Below, piece after piece: positions 50,567 through 54,136 of a stretch of DNA of 54,136 nt. The notes below the pieces were generated by a model that did not search any database, was not told the DNA's origin, and was given only the letters and a program-made list of their open reading frames with translations. The DNA is taken from positions 1-54,136 of the forward strand of contig JBEKTM010000001.1 of assembly GCA_049516035.1 (NCBI GenBank). The letters run 5' to 3'. Position 1 is the first letter of the stretch, and every line of letters begins with the position of its first letter. The position numbers and the translations under genes are program-made. The DNA comes from Dehalococcoidia bacterium. Lineage in GTDB: Bacteria > Chloroflexota > Dehalococcoidia > GIF9 > AB-539-J10.

Positions 50567-51418
50567 ATGTCTTTTACTACGAATAACCAGGAAGTCCTGG
50601 CCGTTAACTCGATTTTCGGCCTTGCTCTATACGGTAAGGTTACCAACGTTCCCGGCGCTAACCAGTTCACAATTCCAAATCTCGCCGGGAGGGGTGCTGA
50701 TGCCTTTCTTTCACCGGGCGCTAATCCATGGCAGGCTTTTGTCTTGAGAACACACGGCGGGGTTGATGCGGCGCCTCAGAGCGAGCAGCAACCCATTACC
50801 GCTTATGATACGGCTACCGGCATATTTACGACTGCCGCATATACTGTTGCGGTTGCTGCTGGAGATGAGGTTGTTCTTATTAATCCCAACCTCGCCAATG
50901 CCGCGGTGCTGGTCGATCTCTTACTGGTCAAAGTGCAGACCGATAAAGTCCCAAAGATGACCTTTGATATGCCGGCTTTTGTGTCTTCCCCGCAGGCAAG
51001 AGTCACCGTTCCGGCTGTAGCTGCTACGTTAGCCCTGCCATCGGTTATCGTTGCAGGTATTCCGGCTGGCGCTCTTGTCACCAAGGCGCATGTAAAATTC
51101 AAGTTCCGCACCGTGCGCGATACGAGCGTCGCCGAAAATAATCTGAGCGGAGCCACCGTCGCGGCGACATCCCAGGTAATCCAGATCAAGAAGGGCGCCG
51201 GTGCCTGGAACGACTGCATGGATTTCGTGAATACGCAGTATGATGTTCTCGCTTCCGGAGAAGAGGCTGGTGAGGAGCTGACCGGCGCTATCGATGTCTC
51301 CGCTTTCGTTACGGGCAACGATACCTATAGCTTCCAGTGGCTACTTGCCAAAGCGGTCGGTGCGAACCTACTCCTGCTCGACGCGCAGCTATCCATCGAA
51401 TTATCCTATACCTTATAA
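50567..51418 (+). CDS. Hypothetical virion protein
   Basis: 283 aa with GAAGGAGGG RBS. The N-terminal domain resembles the repeated module of 2401..4719. Confidence 0.6.
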   Translation: MSFTTNNQEVLAVNSIFGLALYGKVTNVPGANQFTIPNLAGRGADAFLSPGANPWQAFVLRTHGGVDAAPQSEQQPITAYDTATGIFTTAAYTVAVAAGDEVVLINPNLANAAVLVDLLLVKVQTDKVPKMTFDMPAFVSSPQARVTVPAVAATLALPSVIVAGIPAGALVTKAHVKFKFRTVRDTSVAENNLSGATVAATSQVIQIKKGAGAWNDCMDFVNTQYDVLASGEEAGEELTGAIDVSAFVTGNDTYSFQWLLAKAVGANLLLLDAQLSIELSYTL

Positions 51419-51430
51419 GGCGGTAGCGAA

Positions 51431-51763
51431 ATGGCTAAGTCACCTAGAGCACAAGAAGTATTTGTAGCCAACTCTGACGGGATTTATTGCGATAACGTTA
51501 TCCTGCTTCCAAATCAGCCGAAGCAACGGCTGCCGGGCCATGAGGTTCCACCAGGAATGCACGTCTTGATAAAATCAGATCCGGGCAATCCGCTGGGCAG
51601 CATCGTCTATGTTGACGGCCATCCTGTCGGTTCAAAATCCTGGCCGCTAGTCCCGAATGAAGAGGTGGCGTATCGTGTTAATAACACCGATGCGATATTT
51701 GTCGGTGTGCTGGGAGCGATAGCCGGTCAACTGATTATCGACTACACGTTAGAAGCGGATTAA
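51431..51763 (+). CDS. Hypothetical protein
   Basis: 110-aa ORF. Confidence 0.55.
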   Translation: MAKSPRAQEVFVANSDGIYCDNVILLPNQPKQRLPGHEVPPGMHVLIKSDPGNPLGSIVYVDGHPVGSKSWPLVPNEEVAYRVNNTDAIFVGVLGAIAGQLIIDYTLEAD

Positions 51764-51774
51764 GAGGTGCTATC

Positions 51775-53547
51775 ATGGCAATCGGAAGCGCAGTTCCGCC
51801 ACTAGTTAAGGGATTGGTATTTGATACTCTTGTAACCTCGGTTATCAGCCCGACTATGTTCGCTTGTACCCTCAGTGGATTCAAGGATGATTTTTTCCAG
51901 GATTGGGACGTTTACGTCGTCTGCAAAAATGATGGTTCTGGTGGGCCTCCGCAGGGCGATTCCGTTATCTGCACGAGCTATGTCGGAGCAACGGGTACAT
52001 TTACACTGTTCTCTGCCTTCGGGACCCCGCTTTCCGTTGGTGATGAGCTGTATATCATGCAGCCATCCGTCAATGCAAACACAATTGTAACCACGTTCCC
52101 ATCCGATAACGTCAAACTTTCCAGCCCCGCGCTTGTATCGACATCCTCCATAGCCTATGTCAAGGTAAAAGAGCTTCCGTTCACCGGCAACCAGGGCGGA
52201 GCGCGTATCAAGTTCGACATGAGGATCAGTGTTCCCGGTGGGACCGCCTCTGCCGTAATATACAAGAACGGTGTGCCGGTCCCGACCTCGGTGGCTCCGT
52301 TCTTTATTGTTTTTACCGATTCGACAGGTGTATTCACTACGTTCAGCCAGGATGTTTACGGCTTGTCTGCCGGCGATCTGATTCAGGTTTATGCGAAAGC
52401 AGATCTGGTTACTCATACCACCTTTGTCAAGAATTTTACCATCGGGTATGATACGATCACGTTCCCGAGCGTCGGCATTGCTCTCGATGCGGTTTACATC
52501 GATCCGGTTAACGGCACAGCGGGAACAACATGGCCTATCGGGACTGCCGGTAAGCCCGTTAATAATCTGACCGACGCAATAATAATATCCGGGTTCCTGA
52601 ATACGAGTAACTTCCATATCAAAAACAGATTGGTACTCGATCAGGACTTATTAAAACCATTTACTTTCATTGGCGATGGTGATTGGTTCACGTCAGGAGT
52701 AGACCTAAACACTCACGATGTTGCCACATCAACATTTATTAATCTGGCGATAGAAGGCTCCAGCCCGGGCTTTCTTACCGCTTTTGGGTGTTTTGTAACC
52801 GGTTCGATAGCCAACCCGGCGATATTATGCATGATAGATGCGACTCTGAATGGTTGTCTCATCGGCAGTATTGCGGGTATTCCCCTGGGGTTTGGCATTA
52901 ATGCTTTTAATTGCACATCATGGGGGCCTCCGTACCTGGGTGTCTCTTTGTCGGGTGGAGGACTATTCGCATGGGTGGGTGGTCAGGGTGACGTGAGCGT
53001 AATTAACATGGATAACCCCGCCTGCTTCTTCTACCTTTCCGCCATCAGTGTCTCACTTAATGTGTCGGCGTCATGCACTGCTGGTCTCGTCCAGATCGCC
53101 GCGGCTGCCATCGTATTTGTTGACCTGGCCGCAACGGTTACCCTTGATGATGAGTGGACTTTCGCGCCGGGCAAACATAATGTTCTCTACCGCCACGTTA
53201 TCTTTCCGGCCAATTCCGGCTTGCATGTAATGTGGACGGCCACCGATGCTATGAAAATCGTCGAGCTTGTCTTACAGGCGAGAGGCGCTGCTACGCCGGA
53301 CATGACGACCGCGGCTATATATGGTGGCCCCGCCGATGTATTAACGATGCTCGATCCGTTCCGGGCAACCCGGGCGAATTTGCTTGTCAATGGTATGCTT
53401 CAGCAGGCCGAAGGACCGTGGATACTGGAAGCCGGCGACACCATAGATATAGACCTGGTTGGCACCGGTGCCGGTGCTACGAATCTCGGCATAAACGTAG
53501 TGTTCGAGCCTATTCAGTTCGGTGCTTATCTGGTACGAGGCCCGTAG
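51775..53547 (+). CDS. Fibre/adhesin-like protein
   Basis: 590 aa. The internal VNGTAGTTWPIGTAGKPVNNLTDAI motif is shared with the N-terminus of the ORF at 53713. Confidence 0.65.
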   Translation: MAIGSAVPPLVKGLVFDTLVTSVISPTMFACTLSGFKDDFFQDWDVYVVCKNDGSGGPPQGDSVICTSYVGATGTFTLFSAFGTPLSVGDELYIMQPSVNANTIVTTFPSDNVKLSSPALVSTSSIAYVKVKELPFTGNQGGARIKFDMRISVPGGTASAVIYKNGVPVPTSVAPFFIVFTDSTGVFTTFSQDVYGLSAGDLIQVYAKADLVTHTTFVKNFTIGYDTITFPSVGIALDAVYIDPVNGTAGTTWPIGTAGKPVNNLTDAIIISGFLNTSNFHIKNRLVLDQDLLKPFTFIGDGDWFTSGVDLNTHDVATSTFINLAIEGSSPGFLTAFGCFVTGSIANPAILCMIDATLNGCLIGSIAGIPLGFGINAFNCTSWGPPYLGVSLSGGGLFAWVGGQGDVSVINMDNPACFFYLSAISVSLNVSASCTAGLVQIAAAAIVFVDLAATVTLDDEWTFAPGKHNVLYRHVIFPANSGLHVMWTATDAMKIVELVLQARGAATPDMTTAAIYGGPADVLTMLDPFRATRANLLVNGMLQQAEGPWILEAGDTIDIDLVGTGAGATNLGINVVFEPIQFGAYLVRGP

Positions 53548-53559
53548 GAGGAGCCGGAG

Positions 53560-53703
53560 ATGAATGGTTTTTGCATAAAATGTCAGGTTATCCGGGAGAT
53601 TAAAGACCCGAAGCCGGTGACGATTCCCTTACACGGAGCGGCCATTAAAGGGACATGCCCGGTCTGCGGAACGGTTATTTACGCTAAAGTACAGTCTCCG
53701 TAA
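53560..53703 (+). CDS. DUF5679-like small zinc-ribbon protein (47 aa)
   Basis: Below the track cutoff. GGAGGAG RBS. Pattern: FCIKCQVIREIKDPKPVTI...IKGTCPVCGT. Confidence 0.65.
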   Translation: MNGFCIKCQVIREIKDPKPVTIPLHGAAIKGTCPVCGTVIYAKVQSP

Positions 53704-53712
53704 GGAGCTAAT

Positions 53713-54136
53713 ATGGAACACGAGTTATATACAGACCTGGAAAAGATTCTTGATTCAGTATTTGGTACGCCTGATATAGTCGATGGCGTCTATATGGACG
53801 TGGTAGCCGGTGTTCCCGGGACTGCTTGGCCTATTGGTTTACCTGGAAACCCTGTAAACAACCTGGCCGATGCTATCACTATCATGGCCGCTAAAGATAA
53901 CTGGAATTTGCACCTTGTCGGCGCTCGTGACTTTGCTGGTACATATACCCCGGTAGTTGTCAATCCGACCGTAATGACCGACGCTAATATTGCGCCAATG
54001 AAGGTCAATAGCCTGGTCGGTCTTACCATCCAGAATACCACGGATGGAAGTCATGGGGTGATTACCGCCAATGACGCTCAGACGATTACTGCGGTGCTGG
54101 TTGGCGGTGCGACTAACCAGTGGAACCCGGGCAATG
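53713..54136 (+). CDS. Fibre/adhesin-like protein, N-terminal part (3' partial)
   Basis: AAGGAG RBS. Runs off the window end. Residues YTPVVVNPTVMTDANI...NQWNPG are paralogous to the ORF at 1..1875. Confidence 0.7.
   Translation, partial: MEHELYTDLEKILDSVFGTPDIVDGVYMDVVAGVPGTAWPIGLPGNPVNNLADAITIMAAKDNWNLHLVGARDFAGTYTPVVVNPTVMTDANIAPMKVNSLVGLTIQNTTDGSHGVITANDAQTITAVLVGGATNQWNPGN

Overview
The window looks like one contiguous piece of a dsDNA phage or prophage-like genome. ORFs are cut at both edges. About 88 densely packed genes are present, and all are on the + strand except a five-gene block on the - strand at 38.8-40.6 kb. Strong GGAGG(TGA)-type ribosome-binding sites, ATG/GTG/TTG starts, sigma70-like promoters and hairpin plus T-tract terminators indicate a bacterial host that relies on strong Shine-Dalgarno sites (inference).

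Modules:
- 43.2-54.1 kb and 1-11.3 kb: late, virion, adhesin and lysis genes. These include beta-helix and repeat-rich fibre-like proteins, twin 244-aa paralogs, many small membrane proteins, a Cys-peptidase plus holin-like cassette, and an encapsulated-ferritin-like gene.
- 11.4-12.9 kb: tyrosine integrase with flanking non-coding DNA.
- 13-28 kb: early region of small genes, including a J-domain protein, Xis-type HTH proteins, a lipoprotein, a DUF932-like protein and a ParB-like protein. Intergenic regions between 16.1 and 19.0 kb are unusually long and repeat-rich.
- 28.1-38.7 kb: replication and recombination genes. These include a CHC2/TOPRIM primase fusion, an RHH protein, a MazG-like protein, an XPD/DinG-type Fe-S helicase, a second J-like protein and RusA.
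- 38.8-40.6 kb: the leftward block, followed by a divergent promoter and repeat region.
- 40.7-43.1 kb: paralogous regulator-like genes.

I could not recognise a terminase, portal or HK97-type capsid gene, any tRNA or rRNA, a CRISPR array or a reverse transcriptase.

Most notable observations:
- Two early zinc-ribbon genes carry an in-frame TGA exactly where the first Cys of a CxxC knuckle is expected. This could be selenocysteine, readthrough or recoding, or a nonsense mutation.
- A phage-borne EncFtn-like ferroxidase gene, together with a perfect 7-1-7 Fur-box next to the late promoter.
- A 16-bp perfect palindrome repeated at gene starts.
- Single genes bracketed by inverted or direct repeats.
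- Iteron-like repeats inside the primase gene.
- A homing-endonuclease-like insertion in the structural module.

All functional calls rest on motifs read by eye. No database search was possible.
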